A DNA stretch of 35,660 nt, from IMG/VR virus record IMGVR_UViG_3300037462_000906, positions 1 through 35,660 of that record; one strand, written 5' to 3'. Origin of the DNA: a virus. Taxonomy: Duplodnaviria > Caudoviricetes. Shown in pieces: positions 27,160-34,443 of the stretch. The stretch's first letter is position 1; every line of letters starts with the position of its first letter. Made by a program: the position numbers and the translations under genes. Under the pieces are notes generated by a model. The model did no database searches and was not told the origin of the DNA. It saw only the letters and a program-made list of their open reading frames with translations.

Positions 27160-27704
27160 GGCTGCACCTTGGCCCCAAGCTTTCCTGGCGTGCCCGCCTG
27201 CCCGGTGCGCTCGATGTAGAAGGTCTCCGCACCCGGCTCGAAACCCAGCCCCAGCGCCTTCAGCGCGTCGGCATGCTTGCCCTTCAGACCCTCGGTGACC
27301 TTGGCCTTGTCCAGCTCGAACTTCGGCCGCACGAACAGCCGGCCCAGCGTGCGGTTCTTGCGCAGCGCTTCGACGACGGCGTCGACCGCGCCGGCAACAG
27401 TGACGCGGCCCTTGCCTACCCGAGTGCCCAGCATCGCCCCGCCCAGCTCGGCCGACTTGCGCTTGCCCTTGGTGAGCAGCTGCGCATTGTCCTTCCACCA
27501 GGGCGCCAGCTTGGCCTCGATCGCCGCGCGGCGCTGGACCAGCGGCGACAGATCCTTGTCGACCTCGGCATTGGCCGCCGCAATCGCAGCATCGCGCGCC
27601 GCCTCGATCGCTGCAATCTCGCCATCAAGCCCGGCCCACTGCTCGCAGAGCCGCTGCGCCTCGGTCAGACTGCGCGGCGCGCGAATGGCCCCGTCGGCCA
27701 TCAC
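27156..27704 (-). CDS. gam: Mu Gam-family host-nuclease inhibitor
   Basis: Long helix followed by LTKGKRKSAELGGAMLGTR..ELDK..ETFYIE. Confidence 0.8.
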   Translation of the reverse strand: MMADGAIRAPRSLTEAQRLCEQWAGLDGEIAAIEAARDAAIAAANAEVDKDLSPLVQRRAAIEAKLAPWWKDNAQLLTKGKRKSAELGGAMLGTRVGKGRVTVAGAVDAVVEALRKNRTLGRLFVRPKFELDKAKVTEGLKGKHADALKALGLGFEPGAETFYIERTGQAGTPGKLGAKVQP

Positions 27705-28054
27705 CCTTCCTCCAGCAACAGCAGCTCGGCCGTCACGGTTAAAGTCTCGACCGGCCCGAACAGGTGCTCGACCTTGGTCACACAGGCATCGGCCACCAGC
27801 TGGCCGGGAATCGTGAATTCATGCTCGGGCAACAGCTCCACCAGCTGCTCGCCCGCTTCCACCGCCTCGATCCCCTCGAACCGCATCACCACCTTGTGCC
27901 GCGTGCCAGCAAAGGTGATCGAGGCCCAGGCGCTTTCGGCATGGCTGAGGATCACACCCTCATGCCCGCCCAGCGCTGACAGCGCCATCGCCAGCCGCTC
28001 GGCAAGAGTCTTGCGGCGATTGGGACGCGGCGGCGCGGCAAGGGCAAGGGTCAA
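27701..28054 (-). CDS. Hypothetical protein (WASITFAGTRH motif)
   Basis: 117 aa ORF coupled to both neighbours. Confidence 0.7.
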   Translation of the reverse strand: MTLALAAPPRPNRRKTLAERLAMALSALGGHEGVILSHAESAWASITFAGTRHKVVMRFEGIEAVEAGEQLVELLPEHEFTIPGQLVADACVTKVEHLFGPVETLTVTAELLLLEEG

Positions 28055-28278
28055 CGCGGCAATCCTCCATAGGCCCGCGCCAGCGCGGCATGCGCAGCCC
28101 GGGCAGCAGTCAGCTCCAGATGCGCCCGCCGCAGCCAGGCCCGGCTGATCACCGCGCGGTCACCCTCGCCGCTCTCGGCGACAGCCAGCAAGGCATCGAG
28201 ATCGAGCGGCTCGAACGGATCGGGATCGCGGGGCGTTTTCGTCTGCCCTACCGCTTCGCTGCTTGAGGGCGGTGCCAT
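28051..28278 (-). CDS. Hypothetical protein carrying the short hairpin element at its N-terminus
   Basis: Overlapping start/stop with both neighbours. Confidence 0.6.
   Translation of the reverse strand: MAPPSSSEAVGQTKTPRDPDPFEPLDLDALLAVAESGEGDRAVISRAWLRRAHLELTAARAAHAALARAYGGLPR
28245..28270 (-). repeat. Short CTCAAG-YAGCGMAGCGRT-AG hairpin element
   Basis: Minus strand reads GCCCT CAAGCAGCGAAGCGGT AGGGC. Confidence 0.85.
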
Positions 28279-28469
28279 CAGCGCAAAACCCCCTTGCGAA
28301 ACGCATCCCGCACCCCGCGCGCGGCCGCAGAGGCGCGCTGCTCAAGATCATCGAAATGCACCGCGGACCGGACGCCCTGCCCCTCAATCTCGCCCAGCAC
28401 CGCATCCAGCGCATCAATCTCGGCGCGCAGCAGCTGCGCCAGCCCGGCACTGGTCGGGGCATTGGCCAT
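28278..28469 (-). CDS. Hypothetical protein, probable first gene of the late operon
   Basis: 63 aa, TGATG-coupled to the next ORF. Confidence 0.6.
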   Translation of the reverse strand: MANAPTSAGLAQLLRAEIDALDAVLGEIEGQGVRSAVHFDDLEQRASAAARGVRDAFRKGVLR

Positions 28470-28481
28470 CGGGAGGGCTCC

Positions 28482-28525
28482 GGAAACACCAAACCCGCCG
28501 AACGCTGGGTAGCGCCGGCGGGCTT
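28482..28525 (-). terminator. Terminator-like hairpin upstream of the late operon
   Basis: AAGCCCGCCGGCGCT-loop-AGCGTTCGGCGGGTTT followed by GGTGTTTCC. Confidence 0.5.
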
Positions 28526-28626
28526 GCGGGGGGGTACATCAGGCCGGGACGGACCTGTGGCGGGGTCGTTTCTGGCCCAAAGCGTCACGATTCGGGAGGG
28601 TCTATTTTGTAACGCTGTTCGTTTTG

Positions 28627-28719
28627 TGCCAGCGCCTCCACGCTGGCATCCTCGGCGCGCTTCGGGCTGAAGCCCGAGCGCCTGCGGGCGCGCGGTCGCG
28701 CTTGCGGCCCTGCGGGCCG
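28627..28719 (-). repeat. Long structured palindromic element, copy C
   Basis: 25-bp core 28682-28706 identical to copies A and D; the other stems covary. Confidence 0.85.
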
Positions 28720-28720
28720 A

Positions 28721-28987
28721 TCAGTTCAGCAAGCGCAAGGCCTCCTCGAATTTGCTTTTGCCGTGGCGCCCGAAAAGGCGCGCCCGCATTTCCAGAATAC
28801 TGCGCTGAGCCAAGAGCCGCTCGATCAGATCGGCCTGCCACGGCGCCAACTCTTCACCAGTCACCATGCCAGGGAAGATCGGACCCTCGAACGGCAGGCC
28901 CTGAAAGGTGATGATCAGCTGCTGCACCCGGCGCGCTTGCCGCCGCCGCTCCACCCGCCGCCTGAAGGAATCGCTCCAGCTCTTCAC
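28721..28987 (-). CDS. Hypothetical protein
   Basis: 88 aa, GTGA-coupled to the upstream gene. Confidence 0.55.
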   Translation of the reverse strand: MKSWSDSFRRRVERRRQARRVQQLIITFQGLPFEGPIFPGMVTGEELAPWQADLIERLLAQRSILEMRARLFGRHGKSKFEEALRLLN

Positions 28988-29592
28988 GCCAACCTATGCT
29001 CCACCGCCGCCAGATCATCCGCGCTCACCCGGTCGGCCGCGTCGGAATAGCACCCCGGCCAGGCATCCAGCGCATCGACCAGCAGCCGCCGCGCCGCAAC
29101 ATCGCGCATCCGGAACGCCCGCGCAACCGCCCGGCAGGCCCGATCCTCGACGATCATCGCCAGCACCGGCGCCGCGCCGTGCCGGGATCGCGCCAGCCCG
29201 GCGCGCCAGCGGCCATAGGCAACCTCGGCCCGCACCCGCCCCAGGCTCTCGAACGCGCGCGCAGTCAGATCGCGGCCATTGTCGACCCGCGTTTCAAGGC
29301 TGAGGCTCCCGATCGCCACATCGCGCCCGATCCGCTCGGCGACGACGCGGATCTCCTGCGCCCAGGCCAGCTGGTCGATCGACAGGTGCCCGTTCATGAA
29401 CAGCCGCGCCAGCGCGCCCTGCTGCACCCGCCCGGCCTTCAGCAGCGTTTCGGGCGTGCCGTGCGCCTCATGCTTGCGCCACCGGTCCACGCGCGCTGCC
29501 TCGGCCCGCAGCTCCATCTCCTCGGCCCAGCGCACAGGATGCGCCCGCCCCCACCAATCCCGACCGTCAATCGCCGCCGCCTGAAGTCCCAT
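28984..29592 (-). CDS. Putative late-gene activator/antiterminator (Q-like position)
   Basis: LARLFMNGHLSIDQLAWA..RVDNG and a C-terminal HTH-like segment; upstream of the late operon; start uncertain. Confidence 0.5.
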   Translation of the reverse strand: MGLQAAAIDGRDWWGRAHPVRWAEEMELRAEAARVDRWRKHEAHGTPETLLKAGRVQQGALARLFMNGHLSIDQLAWAQEIRVVAERIGRDVAIGSLSLETRVDNGRDLTARAFESLGRVRAEVAYGRWRAGLARSRHGAAPVLAMIVEDRACRAVARAFRMRDVAARRLLVDALDAWPGCYSDAADRVSADDLAAVEHRLA

Positions 29593-30094
29593 CCGTCCGC
29601 TGCTCCCGCTGGCCATCACGAGCCGCAGGATAATCGAGCTCCGCCGGCGGAAGCAGGGTCGGATTTGTAACGCTCCTTGTTGGTGAGGGGGCCTCCGCCC
29701 CCTCATCCTCGCTGCGTTCCGCGCTTCGCGCGAGCAGCTGCGGGCGCGCGGTCGCGCTTGCGGCCTCTGCGCGCCGGTCAGCCTCGAGCAGCCCCGCCCG
29801 GGCCAGCGTCTGGCGCGCGCGCTCGATCTCGTCGGGCAAGGCCAGCCCGCGCGTGCCGGAATTGCGCAGCAGCAGCCCCGCCTTCTCCAGAGAGACCACC
29901 GCCCGCTTCACCCGCGTGCGGTTGCTGCCCAGCCCCGCCGCGATCTCGCCATAACTGGGCGATTGCCCCCAGCGGGTCAGGTACTCGGTGACAAAGGCCA
30001 GCACCAGCGCGCGAAAGCTGGCCATCTCCGGCGCCAGCCGCAGCGGCGGGTCAGCACCATCATCACCACCGCGCACCGGCACCCAACACCTCAA
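29567..30094 (-). CDS. LexA-type winged-HTH DNA-binding protein without a protease domain
   Basis: VLAFVTEYLTRWGQSPSYGEIAAGLG..LEKAGLL; start may be later (e.g. 30025). Confidence 0.75.
   Translation of the reverse strand: MRCWVPVRGGDDGADPPLRLAPEMASFRALVLAFVTEYLTRWGQSPSYGEIAAGLGSNRTRVKRAVVSLEKAGLLLRNSGTRGLALPDEIERARQTLARAGLLEADRRAEAASATARPQLLARSAERSEDEGAEAPSPTRSVTNPTLLPPAELDYPAARDGQREQRTDGTSGGGD
29684..29777 (-). repeat. Long structured palindromic element, copy D, in frame within the LexA-like gene
   Basis: 55/57 identical to 12950-13006. Confidence 0.85.
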
Positions 30095-30157
30095 AGCCCC
30101 CGCTAACCCTCTACCGCATCACAGAATCGCGGGGAAGTGGGGGATCAATGCGGTCGC

Positions 30158-30628
30158 CTAACTCGGCCTGAAGTCCCGCTCCCGCAACGGCTTGCCCTCC
30201 AGCGTCACCTCCAGCACGACGCCGGTCGCTGAACCCTCCTTCGCTAAACGAAGCACCCAAGCCGTGAACGGCTTGTCTTCGTCGAGCAGCACATCGCGAA
30301 GCCAGTGATCGCGGGCGAGGTAGCCAATGGTCGAGCCGTCCATCATGGCGACCGCAACCGCCCGGTCGTCATAAGGGTTGCCGGGCTCGTGCCAAAGCAT
30401 CACTTGCTGGCCTTCGCGCAGGCGCGCAATCTCGCGCTGATAGCTCTTCTCGCCGACGATGCCGACCGGGTAGAACTTGCCATCGACCTGTTTTGGCGCT
30501 GCCTTTACCTTGCGCGGTTCCCGCTTCGGCGCATCCTTCGGCTTGGTCGACGAGACCAGCTTCTCGGCCGCAGCGGCAGCCTTGGACAGCTGGCGGTACG
30601 TCTTCATAGTCTGCTTCAGAAACTTCAT
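30158..30628 (-). CDS. HIRAN-domain protein
   Basis: VGIVGEKSYQ..HEPGNPYDDRAVAV..IGYL; GGGAGG SD. Confidence 0.85.
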   Translation of the reverse strand: MKFLKQTMKTYRQLSKAAAAAEKLVSSTKPKDAPKREPRKVKAAPKQVDGKFYPVGIVGEKSYQREIARLREGQQVMLWHEPGNPYDDRAVAVAMMDGSTIGYLARDHWLRDVLLDEDKPFTAWVLRLAKEGSATGVVLEVTLEGKPLRERDFRPS

Positions 30629-30649
30629 GCGACCCTCCCTTTCAGCCAA

Positions 30650-31081
30650 TCAATCGCCCCATTTCCGGCTCGGCCCCACTGCATTGTAGCTGTCCTGAGC
30701 GTCGTGAAACGTGCGTGAGGGCTCGTCGTTTTCTGCGCGATAGACCCATCCCGCCTGCGGCTCGGCCAGCCGGTAAACTAGCCCCGCCACCGTTTCAAAA
30801 TCCTCGCGAGTGAGCCGCCGCAGGCCAATGACAAGCTGCTGCTCCTCTTGCGATAGCACTGCCTCCGCACCCTCAGCCTCAGGGTCGTCGGTCTCGCCTA
30901 GCAGATAGGCAGGCGTGGTTCGGAGCGCCGCCGCCAACTTCATCAGGTGAGGCGTTGTCCGTGTGTCGCGCTGGAAGATCGAGGCGAGCGTTGACTGCGG
31001 CACGCCTGAGCTGCGCACCAAATCGATCTGCTTCATGCCGATCGCGGCAAGCCGTTCCCTGATCCGGTCACGCAATGTCAT
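30650..31081 (-). CDS. CI-like XRE repressor
   Basis: RDRIRERL..KQIDLVRSSGVPQSTLASI..LAAALRTTPAYLLGETDDP; divergent from cro. Confidence 0.85.
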   Translation of the reverse strand: MTLRDRIRERLAAIGMKQIDLVRSSGVPQSTLASIFQRDTRTTPHLMKLAAALRTTPAYLLGETDDPEAEGAEAVLSQEEQQLVIGLRRLTREDFETVAGLVYRLAEPQAGWVYRAENDEPSRTFHDAQDSYNAVGPSRKWGD

Positions 31082-31165
31082 GGGCAACCAGTAACGCAAA
31101 TGCGTTATCCGAGAAATTGCGCACATGCGATTGACTTATATCGCCTATGCGATTAGACGAGTCAC
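31082..31165. promoter_or_regulatory. Lysis/lysogeny switch with three operators and the cro promoter
   Basis: CGC-N2-ATGCG palindromes at 31092-31107, 31117-31132 and 31139-31154; TTGACT-17-TAGACG at 31131-31159. Confidence 0.8.
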
Positions 31166-31501
31166 ATGCCGCATGAATCGCGCCTTGAAACATCCGCAGC
31201 CAAAGCCGTCCGGGCAGCCGGCGGACAGACTGCGCTCGCGAGAAAGCTCGGGATTGCGCAGTCGACTGTGGCGACTTGGCTGGCGCGCGGCAACGAACTG
31301 CCGGCGAAATTTGTGATTCCGGTCGAGCAGGCGTTCGGCATCTCCCGCCACGACCTGCGCCCCGATCTCTACCCGCTTGAAACCCCCGCCCCCCCAGCCC
31401 GGTATGCCGCCGGGCAGCCGCCGGTCTCGCCCACTTCCCCCCCCCTGAGTGAAGAGACCGGCGGTTCACCTTCGGACCCGCTGTCAGGAATCGCCGCATG
31501 A
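31166..31501 (+). CDS. Cro/YdaS-like regulator
   Basis: AVRAAGGQTALARKLGIAQSTVATW..GISRHDLRPDLY. Confidence 0.88.
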   Translation: MPHESRLETSAAKAVRAAGGQTALARKLGIAQSTVATWLARGNELPAKFVIPVEQAFGISRHDLRPDLYPLETPAPPARYAAGQPPVSPTSPPLSEETGGSPSDPLSGIAA

Positions 31502-31608
31502 TCATCGCGGCCACCCTCTCACGGCGCCCGCGCCCGCTCACCTGCAATCTGGGTGCTGCGTTCCAGTGCCCCTCAAGTAGCGCAGCGATAGGGGCGACAA
31601 GAACATGA
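31498..31608 (+). CDS. 36-aa bridging peptide between cro and cII
   Basis: ATGA overlaps at both ends; contains the short hairpin element. Confidence 0.45.
   Translation: MIIAATLSRRPRPLTCNLGAAFQCPSSSAAIGATRT
31568..31595 (+). repeat. Short hairpin element
   Basis: GCCCCT CAAGTAGCGCAGCGAT AGGGGC, 9 nt before the cII-like ATG. Confidence 0.85.
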
Positions 31609-32072
31609 CTAAGGTTCGCACCCCGCTTTCCATCGAACAGGCGCTCCAGCGCATTGCCGTGCAGCTGCCGGGCGGGGTCGAGACCATGGCCACCGTCGCC
31701 CACCGCCAGCCCGGCACGGTGCGGGCGTGGATGGACCCGGACAGGTCGGAGCAAATCCCCTTCCCCGCCGCGATCGATCTCGATCTCGCTTTCCGCGCGA
31801 ACGGGGGCGAAGGCTCGCCGCTGTTCGAAGCCTACGCCACAGCGCTCGATCTCGCCGACGCCGCGCGCTTCGTTGACCAGTATGCCCTGCTCGATCGTGT
31901 GCAGGCGGTGATCAAGGAAGGCGGCGAAGCCCACGCCGCGATCGTGGCTGCTGCGCGCCCCGGCGCCAGCGTCGCCGATCGCCGCAACGCCTTCCGCGAG
32001 GCCGCCGAGGCTTTCGAGGAACTGCGCGACATTCTCCCCCTTCTCTCCGGGGAGAACGCTCAGCCGCCCTGA
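31605..32072 (+). CDS. CII-like regulatory protein
   Basis: Position after cro; TVRAWMDPD HTH-like segment and KEGGEA..REAAEA helices. Confidence 0.6.
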   Translation: MTKVRTPLSIEQALQRIAVQLPGGVETMATVAHRQPGTVRAWMDPDRSEQIPFPAAIDLDLAFRANGGEGSPLFEAYATALDLADAARFVDQYALLDRVQAVIKEGGEAHAAIVAAARPGASVADRRNAFREAAEAFEELRDILPLLSGENAQPP

Positions 32073-32105
32073 TCCCGGGCGGCCCCGATGGTGGTGGGTC
32101 TTATC

Positions 32106-32131
32106 GTCCTCAAGTAGCGAAGCGATAGGAC
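32106..32131 (+). repeat. Short hairpin element
   Basis: GTCCT CAAGTAGCGAAGCGAT AGGAC followed by ACCAA-ATG. Confidence 0.85.
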
Positions 32132-32290
32132 ACCAAATGCACCGCCTGCCTCGGGGCCGGGGCGCGCCACTTTCCGCACCAGCGCAACGGGCGGCAAGTA
32201 AACCGAAGGCGCACCCCGGCCCCACTTTCCCGATCTTCCCGCCGCACCCGTGAGCGCCCGCGCTTCCCGGAGCGGCTTTCTGCTGCCCGA

Positions 32291-32881
32291 ATGGAGGCCC
32301 GCATGCCCCCCGGAACCTACCTCGAACGTCGCCGAGAAATGGCAGGCTACACCCTGTCCACGCTGGCCCACGAGCTGCTGCTGCTGACCGGCTTCGGCAC
32401 CAGCCGGGCCGACAGCGACTTCCGCCGCCTGCGCCTGACGCTGGCCTCGGCCGAGGCGGGCAGCCTGCACCACTCGCGCGAACGGATCGAACTGATCCGC
32501 GCCTTCGTCCCGCTTGACGTGTCGCTCTACCTGCACCTGGTCGACTGCGACCGCTCGGGCGATCCTTACCGGGTCGAAGGCCTGTGCCGGATCTGCGCCT
32601 GCAGCTTCCACGACCCTTGCGTCCTCCACGTCGGCCCCACCGCCGCGCTCGGCGCCAGCGCCTGCCACTTCGGCGGCGAGATCTGCAGCGCCTGCGAACA
32701 GCAGCTGGAGCGCCTTACCCCCGACGCCTTCCGCTCGGTCGGTCGGGACGGCCCGAGCATCGCCGAGCAGCTGCGCGAGCTGGGCGACCGGATGCACCGG
32801 ATCAGCCGCAGGGAAGATGCACGCCACACCCCCGCCGCCACGCCCTTCCTGCGTGTCGTCCCCACCAACGGAGAGAACTGA
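32291..32881 (+). CDS. Hypothetical protein, HTH-like N-terminus plus Cys-rich zinc motif
   Basis: PGTYLERRREMAG..; CRICACSFHDPC..CSAC; probable start 32303. Confidence 0.7.
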   Translation: MEARMPPGTYLERRREMAGYTLSTLAHELLLLTGFGTSRADSDFRRLRLTLASAEAGSLHHSRERIELIRAFVPLDVSLYLHLVDCDRSGDPYRVEGLCRICACSFHDPCVLHVGPTAALGASACHFGGEICSACEQQLERLTPDAFRSVGRDGPSIAEQLRELGDRMHRISRREDARHTPAATPFLRVVPTNGEN

Positions 32882-33222
32882 TGCGAGCTGAATTTGCCAC
32901 CATGGGGTTCGCCCCTTACCCGAAGGCCCAGTTGCGGGCGCAGCTTCTTCAGATGCGCGCCGAACGCACCCCCAACATGCCACTCGAGGCGGTCGAAGAG
33001 ATCGTCGACTTGGCCTGCCACGCCGCCGAAACCGGCCGCCGCGCGATGCTTGAGGTGATCGACCGCGCGTCATCTTGGCGGATCGCGACGACAGCCATCG
33101 GTCCCGCAACCTCTCTGCTCGCCCACGACCTCCAGCTGCTGACGGAAGGCCTGCAACACGCCGCCGCAGCAGCAGGCCTCCACCATGAAATCCGCAACAT
33201 CGGAGGGCAGGCCCGTGGCTGA
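32881..33222 (+). CDS. Hypothetical protein
   Basis: ATG overlapping the upstream stop, GGAG SD; [10 protein letters not shown].. Confidence 0.65.
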   Translation: MRAEFATMGFAPYPKAQLRAQLLQMRAERTPNMPLEAVEEIVDLACHAAETGRRAMLEVIDRASSWRIATTAIGPATSLLAHDLQLLTEGLQHAAAAAGLHHEIRNIGGQARG

Positions 33223-33451
33223 CGCATCCGACGATCGCCTCCGCCTGCTGATCGAGCGCATCGAGCGGCTCGAGGAAGAAAAGAAGGGCATCGCTGACGA
33301 CATCAGCGACGTCTACAACGAAGCCAAGGCGGTCGGTTACGACCCCAAGATCATGCGCCAGATCGTCAAGCTTCGGAAGATGAAGCCCGACGATCGCTCC
33401 GAACAGGACATGATCCTCGAAACCTACAAGAACGCGCTGGGGATGGCCTGA
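33215..33451 (+). CDS. gapR: GapR/DUF2312 nucleoid-associated protein homologue
   Basis: [49 protein letters not shown]. Confidence 0.92.
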   Translation: MADASDDRLRLLIERIERLEEEKKGIADDISDVYNEAKAVGYDPKIMRQIVKLRKMKPDDRSEQDMILETYKNALGMA

Positions 33452-33705
33452 TGCCCTGCGAGCGCGTCCCTCTCCCTGGCGGCGGTCATGCCATCGTCTG
33501 CGGGCGTGGGCCGCGCCAGCGCTGCGCCTGCGGCAAGCCCGCCACCGTGCTGTGCGACTGGAAGATGAAGGCGACCGGCTCCGGCACCTGCGACGCCCCG
33601 ATCTGCGCCAGCTGCACCACCTCCCCCGCCCCCGAAAAGGACCTGTGCCCCACCCACGCTGCCGCCTTCGCGCGGTGGCGCAATGAACGGAGGACCGCCT
33701 CGTGA
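33451..33705 (+). CDS. Small Cys-rich zinc-finger protein
   Basis: CAC..LCDW..TCDAPICASC..DLCPTH. Confidence 0.7.
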   Translation: MPCERVPLPGGGHAIVCGRGPRQRCACGKPATVLCDWKMKATGSGTCDAPICASCTTSPAPEKDLCPTHAAAFARWRNERRTAS

Positions 33706-33884
33706 CCTTCACCACAATCCTTGCCGCCTGCGCGCTTTGCGCTCTCGCTGGCGTTCTGGCCTTTGCAGCCACCGCCAACCTCGAGCCGGACGAGCCCGCC
33801 TTTCCTCCGGGCGAGCACCGCGACCGCATGCTGCTGATCTCTCTCGCCTGCGCCCTGACTTTCGTTGCGGGAGGCCTGCTGTGA
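33702..33884 (+). CDS. Small two-TM protein
   Basis: 60 aa, GTGA-coupled on both sides. Confidence 0.6.
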   Translation: MTFTTILAACALCALAGVLAFAATANLEPDEPAFPPGEHRDRMLLISLACALTFVAGGLL

Positions 33885-34258
33885 AGTTCTTCAGCTTCTT
33901 CGCGCGCCGCTCGGGCAAAGGGGATGCCGAGGCCTGGCAGGTCGGCGACTGGGCTGAGCGCGTCACCATGGGCCACTGGGTCACGCTGCCGCTCGGCACG
34001 CCGGCCAACGGTCCGCGCCACGGTCAGGTCATGCGGGTGACTGCGGTCAAGATCGTGCGCGACGGCCTCATGCCCGGCGGGCAGGTGCTCACGCTCGCCT
34101 TTGCCGGGTGGCCGGGTGAATTCTTCACCGCTTCCGCCTTCCGCAAACTCAACCCCCGCGCCGACGAGGCGACCGCAGCCGAGGCGGAATTCACCGCCCT
34201 CATCCGCCGCGAGCGCCAGCCCGCCCTCCCCCATGAAACCATCCGGGAGCACCAGTGA
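33881..34258 (+). CDS. Hypothetical protein
   Basis: GTG at 33881 overlapping the upstream stop; WQVGDWAE..FRKL. Confidence 0.65.
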   Translation: MKFFSFFARRSGKGDAEAWQVGDWAERVTMGHWVTLPLGTPANGPRHGQVMRVTAVKIVRDGLMPGGQVLTLAFAGWPGEFFTASAFRKLNPRADEATAAEAEFTALIRRERQPALPHETIREHQ

Positions 34259-34443
34259 TGGCCGCCCACACCACCCGCCCGCCCTTCGACGAAAACCAGC
34301 ACCGCCGTGAGGTCGAGGCCAGCCGGGCCGCCTATCAGGCGCGCATCAGCCGCGACCAGCGCCTCCGGGTCGCCGCCCTCGGCTTGGCCACTGCAATCGC
34401 TCTCACCGCCGCGCTGGCGCTCGCGAAGGCGTTCGGCGGATGA
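34255..34443 (+). CDS. Small membrane protein
   Basis: C-terminal TM; translationally coupled. Confidence 0.6.
   Translation: MMAAHTTRPPFDENQHRREVEASRAAYQARISRDQRLRVAALGLATAIALTAALALAKAFGG

Noticed and set aside
30113-30154. ACCGCAT...ATGCGGT inverted repeat as a fourth CI operator or terminator
   Set aside because: Half-sites are 28 bp apart rather than adjacent and there is no U-tract; could be chance
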